Below the pieces are notes generated by a model, which saw nothing but the letters and a program-made list of their open reading frames with translations, did no database searches and was not told the DNA's origin. Below, one piece after another: positions 10,038 to 18,806 of a DNA stretch of 64,000 nt (position 1 is the stretch's first letter; each line of letters starts with the position of its first letter). This DNA is from Candidatus Hydrogenedentota bacterium. Lineage in GTDB: Bacteria > Hydrogenedentota > Hydrogenedentia > Hydrogenedentales > SLHB01. The stretch spans positions 32,001 through 96,000 of the forward strand of contig BTVY01000019.1 in NCBI GenBank assembly GCA_045863335.1, read 5' to 3'. The translations under genes and the position numbers were made by a program.

Positions 10038-10670
10038 CTAGGAATCCCAGTTCTGCTCGAGATGATTCAGCGGCCGCCTGCGGGCGGGGTTCGTCGGCAC
10101 CAGGACACGGCGTTCAATCGCGCGGACCAAGGCGTGGGCTTCGTCTTCAAAAAAGCCGATCCCGAAATACTGCGGCACACCCTGGTAATCAAAGGCGACA
10201 CAGCAGCCGCCACCGCCGCGCCAGTTGATCATATTCAGATGCGTCTCTGGAGTGGGGGGGAGCAATTCGACCCGAAGGTCGCGGACGAATAGCAGGTCAA
10301 ACTCTGTCTTGCGTCCGATTCCCAGAATGTCGCGTTCGATCGTGATCTTCTTCTCGTCGGCCGCAATGGTTTCGCCGCCGCCAACCATCCAGAGCCACCA
10401 GTAAAGAATGCAACCGCATCCTACGGCCATGCCGAATACAGCGGCCAAGGCAGGAATTCCCTGTGTGGTCATCGCCTCGTACCGAACCAGACGGTCGATT
10501 CCGTAGAGCACGGCAAGACAACACGCCGCGAGGAAGAACATGGCCGGGGCGGACACGAGCCAGGTGCTTTTGACCGGGATGGATATCCGGTATCCGTCGG
10601 GGCGATTGAATACATAAAATGGTGGCGTCGCCCGGGCGAAGGACTTTAACGGCGCTGCAGCTAATGCCAT
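10038..10670 (-). CDS. Hypothetical two-TM membrane protein
   Basis: 210-aa ORF with two hydrophobic helices, co-oriented with its neighbours. Confidence 0.6.
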   Translation of the reverse strand: MALAAAPLKSFARATPPFYVFNRPDGYRISIPVKSTWLVSAPAMFFLAACCLAVLYGIDRLVRYEAMTTQGIPALAAVFGMAVGCGCILYWWLWMVGGGETIAADEKKITIERDILGIGRKTEFDLLFVRDLRVELLPPTPETHLNMINWRGGGGCCVAFDYQGVPQYFGIGFFEDEAHALVRAIERRVLVPTNPARRRPLNHLEQNWDS

Positions 10671-10806
10671 CGGTCTAATCCCTTGCAGGTTTGGTGCTAC
10701 CGTGGCTGACTCGGGATGGCGTCATTGCTTCCCCTGTCCCTCTTGTACCACATTTTCGAAGTTTTGCCTATCCGGTAAGGGATGCGCGGGGCGGAGCGCA
10801 CTCGAA

Positions 10807-11808
10807 TCAGGATGATCCCTTGAACTGATCAAGCAGCACTGCCGCCAGAATTACGACGCCCAAGATTACCTGCTGGCCGAAGCTCTCCATGCCGATCCAG
10901 GTAAGCCCCGTGGCCAGGACGGCAATGATCAGGAGGCCAATGAACGTGCCCATGATCGTGCCGCGCCCGCCCGTGAGGCTGGTGCCCCCCACGACGACCG
11001 CGGCTATGACCTGCAATTCGTCGCCCACGCCCACGGTGGGATCGCCGGACCGCAGTTTGGACGACAGCATAAGTCCTCCCAAAACCGACAGCACGCTGCT
11101 CATGCAATAGACGGCGAGCTTCACGCGGTTCACGGGTACGCCGCTCAACCGGGCGGATTCTTCGCCGCCACCGATGGCCCGCACTTCGCGTCCGAACCGC
11201 GTCGTGTTCAGCAGGATGCCTCCGGCGATGAACACGATCAGCATGACCACCACGCCCACGGGGACGTGCCCGGCAATCGTGTACCGGCCCAAGAAGATGT
11301 AGTTCGCGGGCAAGTCGCTTACCGGGGTGCCCTGCACGAGCAGGTAGCCGGCCCCGCGCATGGAACTCATGACCGCGAGGGTCGCGATAAACGGTGGAAT
11401 CTTGAACCGCGTAATGAACAACCCCGATACGCAACCGGTCGCGAGTCCCGCGGTCATGGCGGCCAGCCATCCGCTAGCCAGGGCCCACGCGGAATCGCCG
11501 CCGATGGCGCGGGTGACGAGCGCGCCAACGACCCCGCCGAAGGCAATCATGGATCCTACCGAGAGATCGATTCCACCGGTGATGATGACGAAGGTCATGC
11601 CCACGGAGACCACGCCATAAATGGCGGATTGGTTCAGAATCAGAATGAGGTTATCGACGGAAAGAAAGGGGCGAATGCCCTGGTACCGGGCGATGCCTTC
11701 AAACACGGCACACTCGATGGCGAGCGCGAATAGCAGAAACCCGTAGATTCGCAAGAACTGGCCTGTGGCCGCAGAAGAAGAAGGAGTTTCATTCGTCGCA
11801 GTCACCAT
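10807..11808 (-). CDS. rbsC: Ribose-type ABC transporter permease
   Basis: GGIDLSVGS, ARLSGVPV, AAVVVGGTSLTGGRG; start MVTATNE overlaps the ATPase stop codon. Confidence 0.85.
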   Translation of the reverse strand: MVTATNETPSSSAATGQFLRIYGFLLFALAIECAVFEGIARYQGIRPFLSVDNLILILNQSAIYGVVSVGMTFVIITGGIDLSVGSMIAFGGVVGALVTRAIGGDSAWALASGWLAAMTAGLATGCVSGLFITRFKIPPFIATLAVMSSMRGAGYLLVQGTPVSDLPANYIFLGRYTIAGHVPVGVVVMLIVFIAGGILLNTTRFGREVRAIGGGEESARLSGVPVNRVKLAVYCMSSVLSVLGGLMLSSKLRSGDPTVGVGDELQVIAAVVVGGTSLTGGRGTIMGTFIGLLIIAVLATGLTWIGMESFGQQVILGVVILAAVLLDQFKGSS

Positions 11809-13316
11809 CAGGCCATTGCGGCGAGGGTCTCGCCGGTGGCCAACTGCATGATGCGCTCCTGCGTGGCTTCGTCGCGCGGCAGTTCGCCGGCCAGATGACC
11901 TTCGTGCATGACCAAAACCCGGTCGCACATGCCCAGCACTTCGGGAAGTTCGCTCGAAATCATCAGGATGCACACGCCCTTCCGCACGAGATCGTTCATG
12001 AGCCGGTAGATCTCAACCTTCGCGCCCACGTCGATGCCCCGTGTGGGTTCGTCGAAGATGAGCACCTTTGATTCTGTGAAGAGCCACTTCGCGAGCACGA
12101 CCTTCTGCTGATTGCCGCCGCTCAGGTTCTGTGCGGTCTGTTCGATCGACGGTGTTTTGATTTGCAGGTCCTGGACGTAGCTAAGGGTAACCAAGCGCTC
12201 GCGTTTCCGGTTGACAAACAGGCCGCGCACGAGCGACGCAAGATTGGCGAGGGTCGTGTTTTCGCGGACCGTCATGCCCAGGATCAGGCCCTGATTCTTG
12301 CGGTCCTCGGTCAAGAGGCCGATGCCGTGGTGAATCGCGTCCTGCGGCGAACGCACCGCGATCGATTTGCCATCGAGAACGATTTGCCCGCCGTCAATCC
12401 GATCGGCGCCAAATATGGCCCGTGCGACCTCCGTACGCCCGGCGCCCACGAGACCGGTCAGGCCGACGATCTCGCCACGGTGCAACGAGAAACTGACGTC
12501 TTGAAACGCACCGGTTCGCGTCAAGCCTTCGACGCGAAGCCGTTCTTCGCCGAGTTCGAAAAGCTCCTTGGGGAATTCGTGGGTGAGTTCGCGGCCCACC
12601 ATCATCTTGATGATGTCTTCGCGGGTAACTTCCGAAACGGGTTTGGTGGAGATGTACTCGCCGTCCCGCATGACGGTGACGCGATCGCCGATGGCGAAGA
12701 TCTCCTCGAGCCGGTGGGAGATGTAGATCATTCCGATCCCTTGTTCCTTCAGCTCGCGAATCAGTGCGAACAGGGCGTCCAGCTCGTGATCCGTTAAGGT
12801 CGCCGACGGCTCATCCATCACGATGATTTTCGAGTTGAAGGAAAGCGCCTTGCCGATCTCGATCATCTGTTGCTGGGCAACGCTGCATTCGTTGACAGGT
12901 TTGCGCACGTCGAGGTTCACGCGAATGCGGCCCAGAATCTCGCGCGCGTCCTGGTACATCTTCGACCAGTTGATGAAAGGCGTCTTGCCGAGACGCGGTT
13001 CCCGCCCCAGAAAAATGTTTTCCGCCACGCTGAGGAAGGGACTCAGGTTGAATTCCTGATAAATCATACTGATGCCCAACTGCTGGGCATGGTGTGGATT
13101 GTGAATGGAGATGGACTCACCGGAAAGAAGAATCTCGCCGGAATCCGCGGGTTGTGCGCCCGACAGGATCTTCATGAGTGTCGACTTGCCCGCGCCGTTC
13201 TCTCCGACGAGGCAATGCACTTCGCCGGGCCGCAGATTCAGTTGGCCGTTTTTCACCGCGACGACACCGGGAAACCGCTTCACGATGTCTTTCATCTCAA
13301 GTACGTATTCACTCAT
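11808..13316 (-). CDS. rbsA: Sugar ABC transporter ATP-binding protein with two ABC domains
   Basis: GENGAGKST, MDEPSA, LSGGNQQKV, DEPTRGIDVGAK. Confidence 0.92.
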   Translation of the reverse strand: MSEYVLEMKDIVKRFPGVVAVKNGQLNLRPGEVHCLVGENGAGKSTLMKILSGAQPADSGEILLSGESISIHNPHHAQQLGISMIYQEFNLSPFLSVAENIFLGREPRLGKTPFINWSKMYQDAREILGRIRVNLDVRKPVNECSVAQQQMIEIGKALSFNSKIIVMDEPSATLTDHELDALFALIRELKEQGIGMIYISHRLEEIFAIGDRVTVMRDGEYISTKPVSEVTREDIIKMMVGRELTHEFPKELFELGEERLRVEGLTRTGAFQDVSFSLHRGEIVGLTGLVGAGRTEVARAIFGADRIDGGQIVLDGKSIAVRSPQDAIHHGIGLLTEDRKNQGLILGMTVRENTTLANLASLVRGLFVNRKRERLVTLSYVQDLQIKTPSIEQTAQNLSGGNQQKVVLAKWLFTESKVLIFDEPTRGIDVGAKVEIYRLMNDLVRKGVCILMISSELPEVLGMCDRVLVMHEGHLAGELPRDEATQERIMQLATGETLAAMA

Positions 13317-14260
13317 CCGTTCTGCTCCGCCAGGAGGCTCTCCCGGTCGATGACGTTTACCTGCACGGGGATAACTTTGGGTACTTCCTCGCCCGCGAAG
13401 TGGGCCGCGATGGTTTCGATCGTTGTCTTGCCGATTTCAACAGGATGCTGGACCGTGTCGGCCTTCAAGGCCTTGCCCGCCAGGATCGTCTCCCGGGCTT
13501 CGGGCGTGCCGTCATATCCCACGATGACGACTTTGTCCTGCAGTCCCGCAGACTCCAGCGCCGCCAGCGCGCCCAGCGCCGAATCGTCGTTAATGCCGAA
13601 GATGGCGTCTAGGTCGGGATTGGCCTGAATGACATCCATCGCGGCGCGCATGGCTTTGTCTCGCACACCCCCGCCGGGGGCCCGCTGCACGATTTCGATT
13701 TCCGGATACTTGGCCAGGGCCTCATCAAATCCTGCGACGCGTTCCTGCACGGATGCCGTTTCGGGCTGGTCGATGATGGCGACCTTGCCTTTTCCGTTCA
13801 GCAGTTTGGCCAGGTATTCGCCGATAAGGCGGCCACCCTGCACGTTGTCGGAGGCGATGTGAGACACGACGTCCACGCCGTGTGCGGCGATATCGACCGT
13901 GAAAACCGGAACTCCCGCCGCCTGTACGTCCTGGATGGCGGGCGCGATGCCCGCAGAGTCTTTCGGGGCCACAATGACGGCGTCCACGCCCTGCTGCACA
14001 AAGGTCTCGAGTTGGTTGACCTGTTTCGGCCCGTTGAACTCGGCGTATTGAATCCGGAGCGTGATGCCTTTCTCAGCCGCCGTTTCCTCCATCGCGCCGA
14101 CAAGATCCCGATAGAATTGGTGGCTTTGGGTCAATAGCGAGGCTCCGACGATCTTGTTCGCCGGTTTTTGCGGATCGGCGGTAGCGGACGGGGTGGTACC
14201 TTCTGGACTGCAGCCAAGCGTGGCGGCGGCTGCGGCAAGTATCAACAGACTTCGGATCAT
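13313..14260 (-). CDS. rbsB: Sugar ABC transporter substrate-binding lipoprotein
   Basis: Lipobox TLGC; ASDNVQGG, FGINDDSALGA, VGYDG; GGAGG RBS. Confidence 0.85.
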   Translation of the reverse strand: MIRSLLILAAAAATLGCSPEGTTPSATADPQKPANKIVGASLLTQSHQFYRDLVGAMEETAAEKGITLRIQYAEFNGPKQVNQLETFVQQGVDAVIVAPKDSAGIAPAIQDVQAAGVPVFTVDIAAHGVDVVSHIASDNVQGGRLIGEYLAKLLNGKGKVAIIDQPETASVQERVAGFDEALAKYPEIEIVQRAPGGGVRDKAMRAAMDVIQANPDLDAIFGINDDSALGALAALESAGLQDKVVIVGYDGTPEARETILAGKALKADTVQHPVEIGKTTIETIAAHFAGEEVPKVIPVQVNVIDRESLLAEQNG

Positions 14261-14565
14261 CTTGGCGGCTCCTCCCAGTAAGCGTGTACTCTACTGCTTC
14301 CGCACGTATCGTGCAACCTGCCGTGCAGATCTGTAGAGCAATCGCATGGGCCGGAATTGAGCGCTACAACCAAGCGACGAATCTGTTTCATGTCATTTGG
14401 TCCTCAGAAGATGCGTAACGCCGCCCGAATTCGCTTGTATCGTCTGGTGGAGTGACCGGGCGGAGTACCAGGGGCGTACCACCCTCCATCTTCCCCGTCC
14501 ACCCGAGGACCTGGCATTGGCAGGTACCGATGCATTTGAGAGTACCAAAAAGGAGGAAAGAAACG

Positions 14566-14706
14566 ATGCTTCCAGAACAATTGTGCGACATTTTGGCCCA
14601 GATTTTTGGCGCCCTCGCGGGCATTCCGGTTATCGGCGGCGTGTTCGAGCGTCTGCTGGGGATCCTGGACGAGTTCTGCCCGCCCGAAGAAGAGGCCGCA
14701 GGCTAG
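14566..14706 (+). CDS. Small 46-aa hydrophobic/amphipathic protein
   Basis: AGGAGG RBS 9 nt before ATG; MLPEQLCDILAQIFGALAGIPVIGGVFERLLGILDEFCPPEEEAAG. Confidence 0.65.
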   Translation: MLPEQLCDILAQIFGALAGIPVIGGVFERLLGILDEFCPPEEEAAG

Positions 14707-14802
14707 TCGCTGCCGAATGCTGTACGACGCGGAGTAGGCTCAACCGCCTGCTCCGCGTCCCTTTTGTTGCGCCGGTCGAACGGTGACGCGTACGATGCCC
14801 GC

Positions 14803-15441
14803 GTGAAAGCACTCCCAACAGCAGGTCGTTGTGCTAGCGCCTTCGCGATCTGGCTCGCCATCGCCTTTAGTCTTGGCTGGTACTACACGTTTACTTACTA
14901 TGGCCGATCCGGTTGGCCCATGCCGATGCCGGAACCCTGCGCCGCGCTCGTCCTGTATTACTTTTCCGTTCTCAATGTCGACACCGAACTACAAGCGATT
15001 CACTGGCTGGGCGTATTTCCGCTCGCCGGTTTCTTGTGGTCTGTCGCGTTGGTCGGCACTGCTCGGCGCGTGCTCCCTGGCGCACTTCCAGACTGGTCAC
15101 AGGTCATGTACCGGTTGTCTTTGCCGGCAGTCTTTTTGGCTCTTCCCGGTCCCTGGATGGCGTGGATTGCGGGAACCCGGAATGGCGAATTCACCTGGGA
15201 TCGGATGATCGCGGTAGCGTTGCGGCGCGGCTTCGTCGATCCCTGGCCGTGGTTGACGCCCATGTACGTTGGGTTGGGCCTGTTTGCGTTCGCGGTTCAA
15301 ATCGCAATCTATTGCAGGCTCTTCCGCGGGACCGCGCGACAGCTTTGGGTTATTTATCCGTTGGCCATGATCGTGCTGGTTCTTGTTTCGAGCGTCTTGG
15401 CGGCGATGGCGGCGATTCCGTTGCGCTGGTTACTCGAGTAA
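14803..15441 (+). CDS. Hypothetical membrane protein
   Basis: About 5 hydrophobic segments; start uncertain. Confidence 0.6.
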   Translation: MKALPTAGRCASAFAIWLAIAFSLGWYYTFTYYGRSGWPMPMPEPCAALVLYYFSVLNVDTELQAIHWLGVFPLAGFLWSVALVGTARRVLPGALPDWSQVMYRLSLPAVFLALPGPWMAWIAGTRNGEFTWDRMIAVALRRGFVDPWPWLTPMYVGLGLFAFAVQIAIYCRLFRGTARQLWVIYPLAMIVLVLVSSVLAAMAAIPLRWLLE

Positions 15442-15466
15442 GACCAGAGGAAAAGAACTCAATACG

Positions 15467-15859
15467 ATGCTCGTGGCGCTCGACTACTTTTTCCTGGTTC
15501 TGCACACCGGACTGATCTTCTTCAATCTGTTCGGGTGGGTGTGGCGCCGTGCGCGCCCGTTCCATCTGGCTTGCGCGACGCTGACGCTGGGTTCCTGGAT
15601 CGTGCTGGGGTTTTGGTACGGGTTCGGATATTGTCCGCTCACGGAATGGCATTGGTGCGTGCGCGAAGGCTTGGGGGATTCGGAACTGCCCTACTCGTAT
15701 CTCAAATTCCTCTTCGACAGATTAACAGGGCTGGACGTAAACGCCCGCCTTGTAGATGCCGCGGCGGTGGCGTCTATGGCGGTCGTCTTTCCGCTGTCGA
15801 TCGCACTCAACATTCGCGACTTCCGCCGTCGTAGAGCCTCAAGATACAACCCCGTATAG
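15467..15859 (+). CDS. DUF2784-like membrane protein
   Basis: LVLH...FHL...YCPLTEW...R pattern. Confidence 0.75.
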   Translation: MLVALDYFFLVLHTGLIFFNLFGWVWRRARPFHLACATLTLGSWIVLGFWYGFGYCPLTEWHWCVREGLGDSELPYSYLKFLFDRLTGLDVNARLVDAAAVASMAVVFPLSIALNIRDFRRRRASRYNPV

Positions 15860-15944
15860 TTCGTCGCGCGGCTCGGGTTTTCTCGCGGCCTTCTCGTCCG
15901 GTACACTATGCGGAACTGTCTTGGAAAGGAGTCTCCGCAATTCT

Positions 15945-16541
15945 ATGAACGCACTCACACGGGCGTATCGCAATTGGGTCCATGCACGGAAGTTCGCGAA
16001 ACTGGGTAAAGGATGCCGGTTCCTCGGTCGCGACCTGGAACTGGCGGGTCACGTGGAACTGGGGGATTTCTGCCGGGTTCGCGAGGCCGTGAAGCTGCGC
16101 GCGAGTGAGAACGCGAAGATAATCATCGGCAGCCGTTGCCTGTTAAGTTGGAACGTGATCATCGAAGCCGGCGAGTTGGTGGAGATTCACGATCAGGTTG
16201 GGCTCGCGGAATACTCGATCATTCGCGATGGCACCCACCTCATTTACGGCACCGAGGCGAATTGGCGATACACGCCCAATTACTACACGCCCGTGATCAT
16301 CGAGGAGAGCGCCTGGATCGGCAGCGGCGCCTATATCTCGAAGGGGGTCCGTATCGGAAAGGGCGCCGTCATCGGCGTCGGCAGCGTGGTCACGCGGGAT
16401 GTCCCGCCGTTCGAAGTGTGGGTGGGCGCGCCGGCGCGCTTTCTTCGCCACCGGATAGATGATTTGCCCGCGGAGTTGGACGACCTGGCCAAGCGCCTCT
16501 TGCAGGAGCAGGGGATAAAGCAGGATCGCCGGGAGTTCTAG
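15945..16541 (+). CDS. Hexapeptide-repeat (LbetaH) acyltransferase
   Basis: AWIGSGAYISKGVRIGKGAVIGVGSVVTRDVP...GAPAR; AAGGAG RBS. Confidence 0.88.
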   Translation: MNALTRAYRNWVHARKFAKLGKGCRFLGRDLELAGHVELGDFCRVREAVKLRASENAKIIIGSRCLLSWNVIIEAGELVEIHDQVGLAEYSIIRDGTHLIYGTEANWRYTPNYYTPVIIEESAWIGSGAYISKGVRIGKGAVIGVGSVVTRDVPPFEVWVGAPARFLRHRIDDLPAELDDLAKRLLQEQGIKQDRREF

Positions 16542-16543
16542 GG

Positions 16544-17269
16544 ATGGTTCTGCTCCAGGCAATTACGTTCGACTTTTGGCGCACGCTTTTCCACGATCCC
16601 GAGCCGCCGGTTCGCCGCAGGGAGATCCGCGCAGAGGCCCTGGCGCACGCGACAGGCGTGTCGATGGAACGGGCCGTCGAGGCGCTCCTGCACGCGGAGC
16701 GCGAGTTTCTGGAGCATCATATTCGCGAACAGCGTACGCTCGGTCCGCATGATGCGCTCGAAATGGTGTCCGCGTATCTTCACGTGTCCATTGCCGCGCA
16801 CCAGGAGCGTGAACTCATTCGTGTGTTCGGCGAGGCGATCCTCGAGGATTCGCCCATTCCCATCCCGGGCGCGTTGGAGGCCGTCGAAGCGGCGGCGGCG
16901 CGCTACCCAGTGGGCGTCGTATCCGATTCGGGGATAAGTCCGGGCAGTTCCTTGCGCCAACTGTTGCACCGGCATGGATTCACGAAGCACTTTCGTGTGC
17001 TGGCGTTTTCGGATGAAGTGGGTGTTGCGAAACCGCAGGCGCTCATGTTTCAAACGGCGGCGGAAGGGCTCGAGGTCGAGCCGCAGGGTCTGCTGCACAT
17101 CGGCGATCTGGAAATGACGGATATCGCCGGCGCAAAGCGAATCGGCGCGCGCGCGGCGTTGTTCGCGGGGGACAATCGCCGCTATCTCGGCAACACGACG
17201 GCGGACTACACCTTTACGGAGTGGCGCGAATTCGTGGAGTTGCTCCCACGCCTTTCGATGACGAACTAA
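16544..17269 (+). CDS. HAD-superfamily hydrolase
   Basis: FDFWRTL, VVSD, KP and HIGDLEMTDIAGA motifs. Confidence 0.88.
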   Translation: MVLLQAITFDFWRTLFHDPEPPVRRREIRAEALAHATGVSMERAVEALLHAEREFLEHHIREQRTLGPHDALEMVSAYLHVSIAAHQERELIRVFGEAILEDSPIPIPGALEAVEAAAARYPVGVVSDSGISPGSSLRQLLHRHGFTKHFRVLAFSDEVGVAKPQALMFQTAAEGLEVEPQGLLHIGDLEMTDIAGAKRIGARAALFAGDNRRYLGNTTADYTFTEWREFVELLPRLSMTN

Positions 17270-17973
17270 ACGTATTCGTCGGAAAGGAGCCAGGGAGCTT
17301 CCAGGTTGGCTTCGTCAAGTTTTTCGGCAAGGTCGGTCATGGAGTACGGAACGTGGTTGAACTGGACCGACCACGGACTGCCTTCGGTGCTGATAGTCGC
17401 GTAGCATGCCGTAGGCTTTTCCCCATCCCACAGGCCGGCGCAACCGGGATTGACAAACAACGTGTCATCCACTAAACGCCAGAAGGGTTGACGTCCTCCA
17501 CCAAGGATCACGATGTGGACGTTGGCGTACTCGCGCTGCCGCCGGAACCGGTGTTCGTCGTCTTCGGCGCGCAAGCGCTCGGACTGGGTCGCGGGCGTCC
17601 CGTGACAGAGGCAGACGGACAGGCCTTCCACCGTGAACACTTTCTTCTTGGGCAAGGTGCCCAAGTACTCCAGGTTTCGGCTGAACGTCGCTTGATGTGT
17701 CCACTCGGTCGCTTCGAATACGGCGGGGTCGACGCGCGATTTTAAACTCTCGCCTTTACGCCGGGAGCGCACCGCCAAGCGGTCGAGTTCTCCCTGGACC
17801 GTCTGCACGCGTTTCGACTGGATCCGCTGCACGACTTCGTTGGCCCAGGGATACCCCACAACGAGATTGCCGGCAATTGCGATCGTCTGAATACCGGCGT
17901 CCTCGATCTCCTTGAGAACGGCGTTTAAGGCAGGAAGGTTGCCCGAAATGCCCCCGAATGCGGCCATCAACAC
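17266..17973 (-). CDS. Calcineurin-like metallophosphoesterase-fold protein with degenerate metal ligands
   Basis: YfcE-like layout (xxxGNLPALNAVL, CHGTP, FVNPG), but the DIH, GD, GNHD and GHTH motifs are replaced. Confidence 0.75.
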   Translation of the reverse strand: MLMAAFGGISGNLPALNAVLKEIEDAGIQTIAIAGNLVVGYPWANEVVQRIQSKRVQTVQGELDRLAVRSRRKGESLKSRVDPAVFEATEWTHQATFSRNLEYLGTLPKKKVFTVEGLSVCLCHGTPATQSERLRAEDDEHRFRRQREYANVHIVILGGGRQPFWRLVDDTLFVNPGCAGLWDGEKPTACYATISTEGSPWSVQFNHVPYSMTDLAEKLDEANLEAPWLLSDEYV

Positions 17974-18202
17974 CGCGAGATCCTCTCCACATCACTTCGC
18001 CGAAGGACCCCATGTCCCCGGTCGTGCTTGCCAATTGGTCACTATACAGGCGCGCCGGAGAGGGGTCAACGGTATCGATAAATCATTTTATTGCAATTGT
18101 TTGCGCGAGTGTGCGGATCGGTGTGTGTTCTCCTGCCACATCTTGGCCTTTAAAATCAAGGGTTTCGTGTACCCAATTTCATTTTAGGCCCAAAAATAGG
18201 GC

Positions 18203-18231
18203 TTGACAAAAGCCTCGTTAGTTTGTAAACA
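18203..18231 (+). promoter_or_regulatory. Probable sigma70 promoter of the HU gene
   Basis: TTGACA-17 nt-TAAACA in an AT-rich intergenic region. Confidence 0.5.
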
Positions 18232-18369
18232 GACGCCGAGTCGGGTGGGGTCCCAGCCACCAGGGAAACGCGGAACCTCGAGTGCGGGACGCGCCTCTTG
18301 CGCGGATCGGTGTGGCGACGGTTCTAGTGAGGCGAAATTACTGGGATAGACTATGCGAGGAGGCTAACC

Positions 18370-18663
18370 ATGGCAGCAAAGAAACCGATGACGAAAGCGC
18401 AGATCGTAGGATCGCTGGCCGACAAGACCGGCCTGAGCAAGAAGGACGTGGGGAACGTGCTCGCCGAGCTGACCAATCTTGCCTACAAAGAGGCAAAGAC
18501 CGGTTTCACGATTCCGGGTCTTGGCAAGCTGGTCGTCGTGAATCGCAAGGCGCGCATGGGCCGCAATCCGGCCACCGGCGAATCCATCAAGATTCCGGCC
18601 AAGCGCGTGTTGAAGTTCCGCATCGCGAAAGCCGCGAAGGATGCGATCGCGCCCGCGAAGTAA
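18370..18663 (+). CDS. hup: HU-family DNA-binding protein
   Basis: IPGLGKL...RKARMGRNPATGESIKIPAK; GAGGAGG RBS. Confidence 0.95.
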   Translation: MAAKKPMTKAQIVGSLADKTGLSKKDVGNVLAELTNLAYKEAKTGFTIPGLGKLVVVNRKARMGRNPATGESIKIPAKRVLKFRIAKAAKDAIAPAK

Positions 18664-18688
18664 TTTCGCGCACGCTGCTCCAATTGGT

Positions 18689-18720
18689 GGCCCGGGTTTT
18701 TATCCGGGCCTTTTTTCTTT
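18689..18720 (+). terminator. Rho-independent terminator after HU
   Basis: GGCCCGGG/TCCGGGCC stem followed by TTTTTTCTTT. Confidence 0.85.
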
Positions 18721-18806
18721 GCTCCGCGCGTGACCGGCATGCGGTGCTGCGCTATACTCCGGTCTCGCGCTGCGGCGGCGTGTTCGGTGCTCAACTTCAA
18801 AAGGGG

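Noticed and set aside
18235-18369. Structured ncRNA in the HU leader
   Set aside because: Short GC-rich stems are present, but no recognisable family consensus; a covariance search would be needed
18282-18806. N-terminal extension of the 848-aa ORF over HU
   Set aside because: It overlaps HU in another frame and crosses its terminator; the true start is near 18807
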